In this document: positions 1 to 13,396 of the stretch, piece by piece | Numbering within the stretch: position 1 is the stretch's first letter | Layout: each line of letters starts with the position of its first letter | Assembly: GCF_018350175.1 (NCBI RefSeq) | Contig: NC_058368.1 | Span: forward strand, 121,646,001-121,710,000 | DNA from: Felis catus | Lineage: Eukaryota | Direction of reading: 5' to 3' | DNA length: 64,000 nt | Translations under genes and position numbers: made by a program | The notes under the pieces: generated by a model | Databases searched by the model: none | What the model saw: only the letters and a program-made list of their open reading frames with translations | Told to the model about the DNA's origin: nothing

Positions 1-1364
1 TAGTGCTGAATGGAGGGCTGAAACTTGGGAAGTAATTGCTTTCTTAGAGTGTAGTGGAACAAAGAATGCATGAGTGTTTTCCATGATCAGATATGGGCCA
101 TGTATAAGAGAGCATCACTGTGGGACCTTCTTAGATTCTGCTCAAGAGGACCAGCAGAAGAGGAAATAGGAGTTCAGTACAGGGAGTGGAATCCAAAATA
201 CCCAGGGCTATGGATGGAGTCATAAGCATTCAAACAGAAGAGGAATGCATTCATTCATGTCAAGGAAACTGAAAGAGCAATCTATGTTGATGGAGTCTCC
301 AAAGAACACATGAAAGCCCCCCAGGAGAGTCAGCCTTACCCTTCTGCCAAGTCTAACATTAACATCATCCAGTGAGAACTTTACTTTACTTTATATCCAG
401 TGAGAACAGAAGTAAAGTTTCTTCCTCAGCCTGCCTGGCCCTGCAGGAGCTGGGGTGGGGGTGGAGAATTAGAGGCACTTATAGAAGCCTATCCCATCTC
501 ACCCCCAACTCCAGGTCTAAGGGGGGAGAGGCAAACATTTAACTTTAAGTCATATTAGACATATTTATTAAAACATGGTGACTGACCATTTTGATTATCA
601 CTTTGGGGCAACGTTTTATAAAGGAAAGTGACCAAAGCTACCTAAGAGTACACAGAAGTCATGAGACCTGCCTAAAGTCTCATACAGTGAAGAAGCTCTT
701 TTGGGCTTCTTCCATGCCCGGAGTTCCTCCTACCCGCTGTAGCACACATTTAACCTTTCTGTTTTCTGCAAGTCTATATCACAGTCTGAAACCAGCCCAA
801 AGTGAGCACCTTGAGCTCAGCACAATGTCTTGGTACGTAGCTGGTGTTCAAGAGGTAGCTACAGACTGCCTGATAACACTTACATACAAGCGTGGGCTAT
901 GGAGTCAGACATCTGCGCATTACTAGCTGCATGATCTCTGGTAAATTATGTACTCTCTCTGAGCCTCAGTTTCTTCATCTGTGAAACAGATTGCTAATGC
1001 CTCTCTGAGAGGGCATCTGGGGGGATTGAACACGACTATTAACAATCTATATACCTTGAAAAATTATTTGCTGAATGAATCACTAACTCAAGTGATGCCT
1101 TGTATTATTCCTTATTAACACACTTAAGCCTTTTGTTTCCCATCAGATCTGAGATTCTACAATAGTGGGGCTCAGCTCTCATCCTCAGTACAAGTGTTAG
1201 GCAGACAGTGCTGGGTGGATACCAGTGGCTGATTAAGATTGTCTTTGCCATGGAAGATTGCACCATCTGGAAGCCCTTCTGTGGAAATAGAGTGTACAGT
1301 CAGGGCAGTGTATTTCAGGGAAGTGAAGTAATACAGGTGCTCAATTAGGTTGTTGGGTGATAAA

Positions 1365-1514
1365 TAAATATATATATATATTTAATATATTGTTATAAAT
1401 TATATAATAATAATTATTCTAAATTATTAATAAATATATATTTATTTATTATAATATAAAATAAATTATATAATTATATATTATATATATACATATATAT
1501 AATATATATATATA
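1365..1514. repeat. AT-rich low-complexity/(TA)n tract
   Basis: Direct inspection. Confidence 0.9.
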
Positions 1515-2433
1515 TGAGCCAGTCGATATCCTAAGTGCTTTATATACAATCTCATTGAGTCCTCATACACCCCTACGAAGTAGACTTCATTATTGTATCC
1601 CCCCCATTTTTTTTGCTTTGTTTTGTTTTGTCTTTTTGTGTTTTGAGGAAATTGAGGATTAGAGAGGTTAAGCAACTTACTCAAGGTCACGTAACTATTA
1701 TGGGAATGATGTTATTGAGATGCATTAACCATTACTGGACCTAGGAGGTTTACTGTTATGGATTCCTATTTCTCATCTCCTGTATCCATAATTCCAGTGC
1801 CAACCTAGTGTGACATTAGTTGTTTACATGTCTTTTCTTATTATCTGTTATTTTGCAAGCATTCTGAGTACAGGCACCATGTCCTTCTCATCTCTATGTC
1901 TTTCCAGGCCCTTTCTCAGAGCATGTGCTCAGTAAATGCTTGTTCCATAGACTGTTGGGCACATCTACACCCACACCATGCATCACTTCTGTTCACTCTC
2001 CTCCTCTGTACTGCAAATCCAGTTCAAGCTACAAACATCTGCCCTGGAGAACTACAAACCAGCTTCCGATGGTCCCTGCCTCTATCCTTGGCCCCTTGAA
2101 TTTCTATACTGCAACTGCAATGATCTTTTTATACCATTTATGATGGGAATAATAATTTGAAAATATTAAACCAATGTATCATTTTTTCGCCCATTAAAAC
2201 AGTCTCAAACAACTAATCTGCACTTGCTGCCTCTGGTGGTAGTGAATGGTGATGCCATTCCTGGAGGAAGGGAAAAGTGAGGCAGGAAATCCACGCCAGA
2301 GGGATTAGGGGACAGAGATGGTGAAACACGTGTGCTTGGTTTCCTCTGTTAGGTAGATTGAGGGGGCATTTTCACCTGGCTAATTGATTCTGAGTTGGAC
2401 TCAGAGAGTGGGGAGTGTGTCTCTACTTTGCAG

Positions 2434-5400
2434 GGTACCATCCAGGCATGTGTGGAACTGCCACATCAGGGTAGAACTGATGTCATGGCACGCATAGAGC
2501 TAAATCAAATCACAAAAAATCTAGCATAGGCCCCTTACAGCACGAACAGTGTCCAGCAGTTCCCATGTGCTCTGTGGACGGAGGTGGTAGAGATGTTTGG
2601 AAAGGTCAGTGACCTCGGAAAAGCTGAAGATGCAAGGCTGACCTCCAAGTCCCGGGAAGAATGGGCAGGATGCAGGTGTGCAGCACCAGTAAGATCAAGA
2701 CTGGGGCCAGGGACCTGGGCTGGGGTGTTGGAGGTCGGAGAATACAACTGGGGGTAAACACAGGCATGCTCACCAGCTATAGCCTTCTGCAGCAGGGACG
2801 TAATAAGGGGAGGGCAAGCAGTCCTGCTGCAGGGCCTAAAAACGACTCTGAGACCCTCACAAGGACCCATGTTAGGGCCAATGCCCTCCCCTGGCCGCAA
2901 CCAGGATCCATGTGTAAGCTGCCCATACCCCGGAGGTCATCTTGGGGAGGAAAGGGGCCAGCATGTCCTGGCATTCTATGAGAGTGAGAGATGAATGTTG
3001 ACAAGTCAACTTTCTGCTGGAGTTAGGAGACAGTTAAGATTGGATCCATGAGAGGAAGTAAACAGACTGCATTTTCTTGGCACATCTGAATGCAGCTGAG
3101 TAAGGTTTCCAACTACAAGTAAATCACTTCTAGGACCCTTCCCATGGCCCACAAGGCTTGGGATCATCTGGGCCAAGTCCTACTCCCCCAGCGTCTGTCT
3201 GACCTTGCATCAACTCTTAGAGCTTGCAGACTTCCTTCCTGTGGACTCGCGTGGCCGCCTGCCCTCCCTGGGATCCCCTGGGCCCTGAGTTCTCACTACC
3301 GAGGTCTCTTCTAACTTCAAGGTTCAGCTTACAAGTCACCTACTCAGAGAAAATGACTAGACTACCTAACCAAAAATATATCCCTCTCCACCTTGTCTGT
3401 TATTCTCTATTTACTTCCTTCAGAGAAATGATCTCAATTTGGAATTATCTTGAGTGTTTATTCATTTGCCTGTCCACTGCCTGTCTCTTTACATAGACTC
3501 TAAGCTACCTGAGGACTGGTTTGCTAATAAATATGTGTTGGAGGGAGGGAGGGAAGGTCAGGGGGAGGGTGGAGGAAAAAGTGGGGAGGAGGATGGGAGG
3601 TGAGGAGGAGAGGAAGGAGGGAGGGAAGAGGGAGCCCAGTATCTCCAGCATGAATAGAACTGCTTAGTCACCCTCACATTCTCAGAAACTAGATCTTGAG
3701 CACCATGGCACCTGCTGTTAGCACCCAGCCTGGGTCCCGTTACCAGGCCTCCACATGCTGTCCCCAGCTGCTGTACGTGTTGGCTGCTACTGTCCTTCAC
3801 ACTTGTATTTGTCTCGAAAGGGTCATTCTTGGCTGCAGAGAGCCTCTTGGTGGGACATGCCTGGGAGTCTACACCCCAGCTGAAGGGCAGGTGTGGCGTT
3901 TGGCTGACTGATGGGGTGGGAGGGGAGCATAAGAGCCCAGCCCCTTTACCTGGGCAGGACAACCTCTGAGATGCAATTCATCCTGCAGAGCTCCAGGGGA
4001 GGTTAGGTCTGGGCTGGACTTTTCCTAAGCCCCATCTGTCCGACTCTTCCCCTTGCCCTGTTCTCTTTCTCTCTCTTCCTTGTCCCTCCATTACAGGTTT
4101 CTTCCGAAGGTGGTCCTCAGTAAGTCTTCCCAACGCAGCCTCTGTGTCTACACCACCTGACCCAATACAGGTCCCTTCGGCTGGACACTGTGCTGGGCAA
4201 GGGAGCTGGAGGAGGGGGTGTGGAGAAGGGAGCATGGTCTACCGCTGGGCAGGAACCACAGCAACGCCACCTTCCTCTCCCGCACCCTCCCCAGCCTGAC
4301 TCAGCCACGCAGATGCCACAGCCAAACGTGCCACTCAGAACTCCATCAATTATTGAAGAAGCTCTGAAAGGAGGGAATGTAAACGAAGATGAAAGATTCC
4401 AATGGAAGACAGACAGGTCCCATGGCTTGGGAAGAACCCGAGCTATCATGTCTGGGAAAAAAGCATTTTAGTTTCCTGCCGTGGGAAAGCTCCAAATGCT
4501 TTGGAGGCTGAAGAAGCAGTTCTGACAGAGACAGGAGAGAGCGGGAGGGGCTGATGAGTCTTTTCATCTCCCCCTCTCTGCTGATCAAGAGGCAGGCGCT
4601 GTGAATCCGATGGCAAGGCCTGAGATTCTAGCAGCTCCCTCCTTAACTCCCCTCTTGTTTTTTTGGAGACCCAAGGGGTGGGAAGCCAGCCGGACCCCTG
4701 GAAAGTGGCAGCCTTAGAAGGGGAGGGATCAGGCCAGAGGGAGTATAGCCCTGGTCCTCGGAAAGGATGGAAACACTTGTGTGCAGCGTCAGATGCCGGT
4801 GCCTTCTGAACCATCCTCAGAGTCTTGTCAGGCACTTGCAAGAGAAGAAGGAAGGAGAGCAAATTCAGGTCAACCCTGAAATCAAAGCGGGAACTCTTTT
4901 AAAGGGGTATTTAAATGAGGTGTTCTCCTCTGAAGCAACTCTCCCTCCCCATCTTTTGGAGGCCCAGATGTCAAGCAACAACTACAAATATTTATTAACA
5001 ACTTGGAGTGGTGCAGACACGGAACTAGCATGGAAATAAATCCCAGCCCCAGATCGAGAGATGCTCAGCTGTGGGTTCCAACCGGCCAGGGGATGCAGTC
5101 ATGCCGGGGTGTGGCCCTGACACCACACCTGGGGGGTGGGAAGTCCAGAGTCACCATTCAGCCTTAATCGGGAACCTGGGGAGATTGCCAGCCATTCTCA
5201 GGGAGCTTTGCCCGGCTCCCCATTGTATCTCCAGCATGTAGATATGTAGACCGTGGCTGGGACCTGGAAGGGGCTCAGGTGTGTGTGGAATGAAAGATCC
5301 AGTGGGCAGGGTAAGTGTGCCGACTTGGGACGAGTGGCAAATTGGATCCTTTTCTCCCAAGTGAGGTTTCTTGGGCAAGGTACCTTAAACATGCTGAGCT

Positions 5401-6640
5401 TCAGTTTCCTCAACTCTAAAGTGAGAGGAACAATGCAGCCCTGCCCCTGGGTTTGTTACAAGATGTAAACAAGACACCATGCACCAAGCACAGTGGGTCA
5501 CAGTGAGCAGCGCAGAGTAAGCTGGAGCAGATGGCACTAACTGTCATTATTAAGACTTGTATTTCTCTTGTGACAAGTGAACAGTACAATTAGGAATTTA
5601 TAGGAGCAAACACTAAATTCCAAGGAGATCTGTGATTGCAAAACAGAGCAGTGAAGTCCCAGTGATCCTGACCAATCATTGGAAAAAGTGTCAGAAAGAA
5701 ATAAGACCATTCTTAGTTGTCAAGAAAACTAGAGCAGCGATTTTGACATAAAGGAGGCGGTAATGTGTTACAAAATCCAGTGTGTCTGTTCACATGTATT
5801 TCAGAAGACTCAAAATTAAATGATCATAAAAAGATCTTTAAGAACTACCGTTAAGGGAAGAAAGCAAGTTGTCTAATTATGCGTTGTGTGAGTTATTCCT
5901 AATTCGAATCCAAATGTAATATAAATGCATTCATTTATAATAAAAACCTAATGATGATTTAAAAGCATCTTATTCAGCTTTGAGTTTAAAGTGAAATCCT
6001 TCTTCCCTTGCACAGATTTGATGTGATATGTCTCTGGGAGCCTATGAATATTCATAGCCGGTATATGGATTGCATAGCCACACCCATGTAATACACTTCT
6101 TACCCAAGTTGAAGGATCCACGCTGTTTCCTCTGGAAAGAAAATCACTATAGTGTAGTTGAAAGTGGAAAAGCCAACGGTCCCTTATATAAAAGTTGCAG
6201 CATCCAGAGGGGCTGCCAGTCTAATAAATTGTTTGTTTAACTGGTTTGGGATGATGAGGCTGACAAGCCAACATGAAGCTTAAAAAGGAAATCTGCCAAG
6301 GTGGCCGATATGCCTGGGGCTCAAGCTGCCTCCGGTGCCTCCATCAGGCACAGTGAAATTCTCAAAAGCCCCACATGCTCTGCTCAAAGCACAGACACCA
6401 TTCGCTGCTGACCGGTGTCAGTCGGAAATCTCCCCTCGTCCCTTCTGACCACAGGCAGTCCTGATCTTGGGGCCCGAGGGGTTCTTCTCCACTTAGGGCT
6501 GCATCTGGCTGCCCCCCTCTCAGAGGACCACCAGGCAGAGAGACGTCTCAAAGGAGAGTTTGGGGTCTTGTGCAAATATGTGCACAGACACAGGTGGACT
6601 TCATTTTACTCACTAGCCGCGGTTCGCAAAATAACGTGTT
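2434..6640 (+). pseudogene. Candidate decayed multi-exon gene (unitary pseudogene) with zinc-finger remnants; family unidentified
   Basis: Exon-like blocks bounded by splice signals (acceptor AGs ending 2433, 3820, 4096, 5161, 5577, 6015; donor GTs at 3100, 3891, 5311); long frames with scattered stops and frameshifts; L2/MIR fragments only in the predicted introns. Confidence 0.45.
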
Positions 6641-7797
6641 AAAAAGATTTTTCTCCATTGACTACCGTTTGCCATCTACTAGAATGTAGCCAATTCTGTT
6701 GTAAAGTAGTGAATGCTTTTGGAAAGCCCCTCTACAATTTTGGGGTGGAGCGTGGCATGCATGAGTCCTCAGCAAATACGGAGGAGTGGCTTAACAATGA
6801 AGTGTGGGGCCTCTGGAGTCATATATTCTACATTTGAGTTCAAGATCGACCACTGGGTTGACTGGGGTGGTTTACCCTAGCTAAGTCTCTGAACAGAGGA
6901 ATCTTCATTCCAAAATGGAGAGGATAATATCCGCCTTAAGAGAATGACACGACCATGGGCACAGTGACACAGGCAGTCGTCATTGAATGCTAGCACTCAA
7001 TGGAGCTGAGGCTCCTGCAGGTGGGAGGGACACCCCACAAGACTGGGCTGAGTCAAGGCTGTGGCTAATCCAGGACAGAAGAAGGAGAAGTGCCAGGCAG
7101 ATCTGATTGTTCTTTCCCTGCTCCACAGCCTTTGTATGAACCTCTATGAACGCTCTTATCCCACCCTCTCCTGGTGGTCTGCATGTCTGTCTGCCTATAA
7201 AAACTCAAGCTCTTCAAGCGTTTTGGTAGATGTTGTGTCCCTAGGGCCCAGCACAGTGCCTGGCATGCGCTAACTATGGAACAGCATTAATTAAAATTGC
7301 AATTATAAATGTCTCCAAATGTGGCTTTGGGCATCAAGAAAGGGGGAAAGAAAACCCTGTAAATTAGGGTTCTTTTATTTATAAGAACAGAAAGCCCAAT
7401 CTAAATTGTCTTAAAAATAGGGAACAGGAAAGTCCGGGGGTGGGGTTGGTTCAAATGAAGCCTTGAGGAACTGATTTCTCTTCCTCCTTTGGCACTGCTT
7501 TCTCAGCTTGGCCCCATTTCAAACAGGCTCTTTGCCTCCAGCTAGCAAAATGGCTGCATAGCTCCAGACCTAAAGCTTTCCCAATTTCTAATCCAGCAGG
7601 AAAAAAAAAAATCAAGAGTTTTTGTCCTAGCAAAACACTTGTTCCAACTTTAATATGCTCATGTGTTCATTTTTGAGACTACCGTGATTCCGTGAGTTGG
7701 TGGGCTCAGACCTGACCCCCCTGTACTCTCCTCCCTGAGTCGGAGTGGGGATCAACTCTCCTTTAACCATGAATTGTGACTGGAGTGTTCTCAAGGT

Positions 7798-8592
7798 TGA
7801 TCCTTGTTTTAAAGTATACCTGGAGTTGGTTATTCAGATATGGCAAGGTCAACACAGCAAGAGAGGATTGCCATTGAAAAGACAGTTTGTTACCCACAGT
7901 TCCCAAGAGGAAGGGGTGAGCCACACCAAGCAGGGCCACAGGGAAGAAGCATCAGGGGGCGGAGGCAAGAGTAAAGAAAAGAAGGCAGGGCCAGGCACCT
8001 GGGTGGCTCAGTGGGTTAAAAACCCGACTCTTGGTTTTGGTTCGAGTCATGATCTCACATGTTCGTGAGATCGAACCCCATGTCTGGCTCTGCGCTAACA
8101 ATGCAGAGCCTGCTTGGGATTCTCTTTCTCCCTCTCTCTCTGCCCCTCCCCCACCCACTCTCTCTGTCTCTGTCTCTCTCAGAATAAATAAATAAACTTA
8201 AAAAAAAAAAAAGGCAGGGCAAAAGCCTTTGCGGTGGTTTTCTTGGGAAGGAGTGGGCAAGAAAGGGTAACCAGCTGACCAGGTTTAAGATTGGATAGTT
8301 CGAATAATTGAACTATTTTAGTGGGCTCTGGACTAATGAGGTGGTCCCTAGCTATCTCATACCTGGCCTTAGGGTGATTTAAGGCAGGAGGATAGCGTCC
8401 ACTGCAGGAGTCTGAGAAAAGAGGCAGATGGGGGGTACGGACTCAGGATTGATTGGTTTGCATATTAAAAGAGTGCTCACTAGCAAGTTGAATTAGCTAC
8501 CCATGGGAGGGGCTGTTCCTTGCTGGGTCTGCTAGGTTCCAAGATGTCAAAGCATCATAAAATATAGAAAACTAAAAAACATGATTAATATG
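7798..8592 (-). mobile_element. ERVL solo LTR, MER74-like, split by a SINE
   Basis: Minus strand begins TATTAATCATGTTTTTTAGTTTTCTATATTTTATGATGCTTTGACATC...CAGCCCCTCCCATGGG, resembling the MER74 5' end. Confidence 0.7.
7992..8210 (+). mobile_element. CanSINE (tRNA-derived)
   Basis: GGCACCTGGGTGGCTCAG head, (CT)n body, A tail, TSD AAGGCAGGGC. Confidence 0.92.
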
Positions 8593-9585
8593 CAACTAGG
8601 TGGCAAAAAGCCACAGATACCTACTCCCAAGACCGAAGTGTAACATAGGGATGCTATCTCATTCACCTATCGGTTCATTCATTCATCGCACTCAGCATTT
8701 TCTGAGCATCCCCAATGTGCCACACCATGAACTAGGTGTGAACTAGGTGCAAGGGACTAGAAGCAACCGGAGTGGGTCCTGCTGTCTTGATTAGAGCCAT
8801 TGATCAAGTGATCAGAATTCCTAGGAATGCTTAGTTCAGTCCTACCCGGTTCTATCCCACATGATAGGGGATCCAGTAATTCATTTTTAAAGGCTTTAAT
8901 CCACCTACTAATTTTAGGCTTACCACTTACTAATTTTATTGTGATGAGTTTAGCCTGGAAGTATATTCTGGGCCACTGGACAAAAGATTAGATGCCCATA
9001 AATAAAAATACTCTCACAAGTGAGGCCAGTCCTTCATGATGTGTATAGCATTTTAGACATGATAAAATGCTTTATTCTCGTTTATTCCTTGCGATATCCC
9101 TGGTGGAGAGTCTGATCTTCTCGTTTTACAGCAGGGGAAGCTGAGGTTTCTAAGAAGAGGTGATTTGCCTGAGGATTCATAGTCAGAAAACAGCCAGGCC
9201 AGGGCTTGAAACCAAGCTCGGTTCTCTTTCTACTTTACGGGTCCTTTCCAAACTGCAGCACCCCTACCAGTGGTATACAAAGCATTAAAACACATGACCT
9301 CGCATAGTGAGAAGTTTATTTCCATGCCAACTGTCCCTCAATTTCTATAATTCTGCCCAGGGCAGAGTCTCATATCCATGCTAATATATCTTTAACACCT
9401 TTCACTTGCTATTAAATCTCTCTCTATCTCTTTCTCTTTTGAAACCAAGAAAGTACAGGACTCGGTCCCGGAATCTTTGGCAAGTAAATTAGATCTAGAA
9501 TCTAATAACACATTTCACTGCATTTATGACAAATGATATTATTTTTAACATTTGCCAAGTTTCTTTATCAAAAACAAAGTATTTT

Positions 9586-9803
9586 GGGGGCACCTGGGTG
9601 GCTCAGTCGGTTGAGCGTGTGACTTAGGCTTGGGTCATGATCTTGCGGTCCGTGGGGGTGAGCCCCACATCGGGCTCTGTGCTGACAGCCTAGAGCCTGG
9701 AGACTGCTTTAGATTCTGTGTGTGTCTCTCTCTCTCTGCTCCTCCCCCGCTCACACTCTGTCTCTCGCTCGCTCTCTCTCAAAAATAGATAAATATTAAA
9801 AAA
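9586..9803 (+). mobile_element. CanSINE (SINEC_Fc-like)
   Basis: GGGGGCACCTGGGTGGCTCAG head, AGCCTGGAG insert, CT tract, A-rich tail. Confidence 0.92.
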
Positions 9804-10214
9804 TATTTTTGAGGTTTAAGAAAGTATTGCTTTAAAGCAAATGCTAAATAAATAACAATATAGGTGGTTTATGGAGATGTGCTAGCTATAAAAAATGATA
9901 CCCAGATTACTGCAGTCTGGAAACACTACAGAGACCAAGCAAGTAGGAATAGACTTCCAGAAGGAATAGAGGGTTTCTCTCACTTCTCTCTTGTCCAGGG
10001 AGGAAGGGGACTGGGCCAGATACCACTCCTTGTGGAAGACATAGTCACAAGCCTGTAAGACAGTGGTTCTCAAGCCAGGGTCCACAGATTGATACTGATC
10101 CAAAGGGTTGTCTCCAAACCCTTTGTGAGAAGAAAAATAAGGGTAATGTGTATGTCAGCACAAGAATGCCAATTGTTCTTTCCTAGGTAAGAATGCACTT
10201 TGTTCTGGAATTAC

Positions 10215-10305
10215 CTTCTCCCCCTCCCCTCCCCCCCTCCCCTCCTCCTCCCCCCTCCTCCCACTCCCTCTCCCCCCCACCCTGCTTCTCCTCCTCCTTC
10301 TTCTC
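10215..10305. repeat. Polypyrimidine C-rich tract (CCCCT/CCT-like)
   Basis: Direct inspection; G-runs on the minus strand. Confidence 0.85.
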
Positions 10306-12009
10306 TGGTGTGTTAAATGCACATTCTTTAGTGATTACTTGATGATAGTAAATGACCAGTGTTTACTGTTAGTTAATGTCTTCATTTGCCCAAAACAAAA
10401 AGCTGGCAATCTTATTTTGACACCTCCCTCCTCTACTTTTTTCTACATATCACTGAACCTCTGTTGCAGGAGACTTCAATTGCTGGAGGCAGCTTGCCTT
10501 CTATTGTTAGAGGAAAAAGATACTGATAGAGCCGGCATAATAACTGTGGTAATGCCAAACAGCAAGCCATAACTCCTTATGAACCCAAGGGCTCTGTTTA
10601 TCATTGAAGAGATCCTTCTTTCTCTCCAGTGTCACCAAATAAAGATGGGAGATTAGCGAAATAAGATAGCTGTTAAATTAAAGAGGAAAAAAGTTCAAGT
10701 TTCAAGGAGGCTGTTACAAAAACAAACAAATGTACAAACCAACCACCCCCAAACTCCTGGAGAAATTTGTAGCTCTTGGTGACCTCACAGACCAACCCCG
10801 CTTGGGACAGATGAGCAGACAGCCCACTCAAAGCAACAGCCCCACGCCCTCTCAGACTCTGATCAGGGAAATGTAAACTGGTGTATCGGACTAGCTCTTT
10901 GACCCAGCAATTCCTTTTCCACTCATTTGCCTGAGAAAACACCATCACTAGGCACAAATAATTAATTATAAGGATGCTTGGCAAAATCATCACTTACAGT
11001 AGAGAAAAGCCGGAAACAAGTTAAATGTCCAACCCCAACAAATTGGTTGGGTAAATCATGGCACATTCATGAACTAGAATCTTGTATAAACATATAAAAA
11101 TATGCTGTAGAGAAGTGCTAATGTTGGGCAAAGACGTTAAGAATCTATTGTTAAGTGAGAAAAGCAAAACCGTGAAACTTGCTTAGAACATCGGATACAG
11201 TAGGATTTAAGTTTTGTTTAAAAGATAGGCACAATATGTCTGGATGGCGAAATTAAGGGTGAGCTTTCTTCTTCTAATGTAAAGGTATTTTGTGAAAACG
11301 GCTACAGTGAAGATGTACTTTTACTTTAAGAAGAAACAGTGATTTCTTTAAGTGGAGCTCCATTTAACCTGTTTAAAATGGGTCAGCTGCCATCAGCATC
11401 AGCTTAAAGGTGTGTGATTGTGGGCTTGCTTTTTGCGGTGCTGACGTGCTTCCCTGAGAACCAAAGGGAGACACTAAACCTCTCTGCAAACTCTTTGTAG
11501 ATTCCCATCTGTGACTTGATAAATATTTGATGCAGTGGCCAGTCAACATCCCTACATTAGTGAAACTTCTGCCCAGGAGCAACTGTACAGCTCTCAGCAA
11601 TGAGATCGGAGTAAGTTAAAAAGAGCGTATTCATTAGCCACTTCAAAGGATTTGGTTTTTTTAGCTGGCAATTTTGCAGACTGGATTATTGGCTTGGCTG
11701 TCTACTGTGTGATGACCAAAAATCATACTACTAGAGGGAGAAGCTTGCTTCTTCACTGAACAATATTTTCTTTCCTTTGTGTTCACAGCCCATGAGGCAA
11801 AGACCGCACAAATCACCCCCCAACCCCGCTTCCCCTTTGTTAAACAGCTGTGAATATCTAAACTGAGTTTAGGATCTGCCCCGTAACTTTGATGCCAAAA
11901 ACCTGGAGTTTGGTCTGCCTTTCTGATGTAGTTTTGTGTAATGGGATGGACTCCTTTTTCTCTCTTCACCTCCACGGTTCCAAATGATAATTAAAATGTT
12001 AGCACTTCT

Positions 12010-12223
12010 GGGGCGCCTGGGTGGCCAGTTGGTTAGGCGATGGACTCTTGATTTTGGCTCAGGTCATGATCTTGTGGTTCATGGGTTCAAGCCCTGCGTT
12101 AGGCTCCATGATGACAGGGCGGAGCCTGCTTGGGATTCTCTGCTCCTCCCCTCCTCACAGGTGTGTGTGTGTGCACACACACACACGTGCACCTGTCTCA
12201 AAATGAGTAAACTTAAAAAAAAA
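12010..12223 (+). mobile_element. CanSINE
   Basis: GGGGCGCCTGGGTGGC head, A tail, TSD GTTAGCA. Confidence 0.9.
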
Positions 12224-13109
12224 GTTAGCATCTCTGTTCCTAAATATCCCAGTTGACAAGTAGAATGGGCAAACAAAATGTAGCAGGGCAGAGAAGCAAC
12301 CTGAAATTAGTGCCAACTCCAGAAGGAGTTTTCACTTTCAGAAGGACCTGGGCTAACTCCTACTCATTCTTCAAACCTCAGTTGAGATGTCACCTTTTCC
12401 TAGAAGCCTGCCAGGATTCATGTCTACTGTTCCAGGCTTGATGACCCTCCTTTGAGCTTCCAGAGTTCCCATTCTTCTCCTGTATGAGGCTGTAGGGTGT
12501 ACTACAGTTACCTGCTTGCTTATATCTCTCCTAGGAAACTGAGTTTCAAGAAGACTGTTCTGTTCATCACTGCCTAGTATAGTATCTGGCACTTTAAGAA
12601 GAGCTGAATAAATATTTACTGAATCAAGTACATTTTCCTTGAACTTGCAGCTGCAGAAGACTTAGATAATTTCAGGATCATAGGATATCAAATTTGAAAG
12701 TTTCCTTCCTTCATTGCCTGCCCCACACCTGCCAACTCCCAGAGCTTTGCAAGCAAACAGGTGCCCAGTCTGCTTACACATTTGTAATGACAGAGTGTTC
12801 ACTTCCCTTCAAAACAGTCAGAGGTAGACTATGAAGCTGACTAAAATAAAAGACAAATGGGACAGGTCCTGGACTAAATTGGGAAGAAGTTAATCTAGCT
12901 TCTCCCTTTCCTGCAGGGCCCTGAGCTCCCCTAAGGGTCAAGTAAACCCCACCAAGGTAGCCGCAGATAGCAGTTTAAGGCTCTGCTTTTCAAACCAGAG
13001 GAGCAGGCAGAATGCCAGAGTCCTTGAACTCTAAGGTGAACATAGAATCTCTTCTGAAGCATTGTTTTTACTTGAAGCCGGGAAATACATGAAGACAGGA
13101 AGAGGGAAA

Positions 13110-13145
<36 letters not shown>

Positions 13146-13396
13146 ACACGCAGTATAGGGGAAAATATGTGTATGATTTTAAAGAGACAGCACCAGACTT
13201 TAAAGAAATTGATAAGAATCTTTTGGGTGGAGCCCTCAGATGCCTGGGGGTTAGGAATGCACTCTTGGTCTGGTAGGTTACTTTGGTGGAAAAAATATGA
13301 GAAATACTACTGGCTTCATATGTTATCATCTTAAGGCTCCCTGGGAAGGGGGATATTTCCATTCTCACTGGTTTCTTTCGGAGACTAGAAAGTCTT

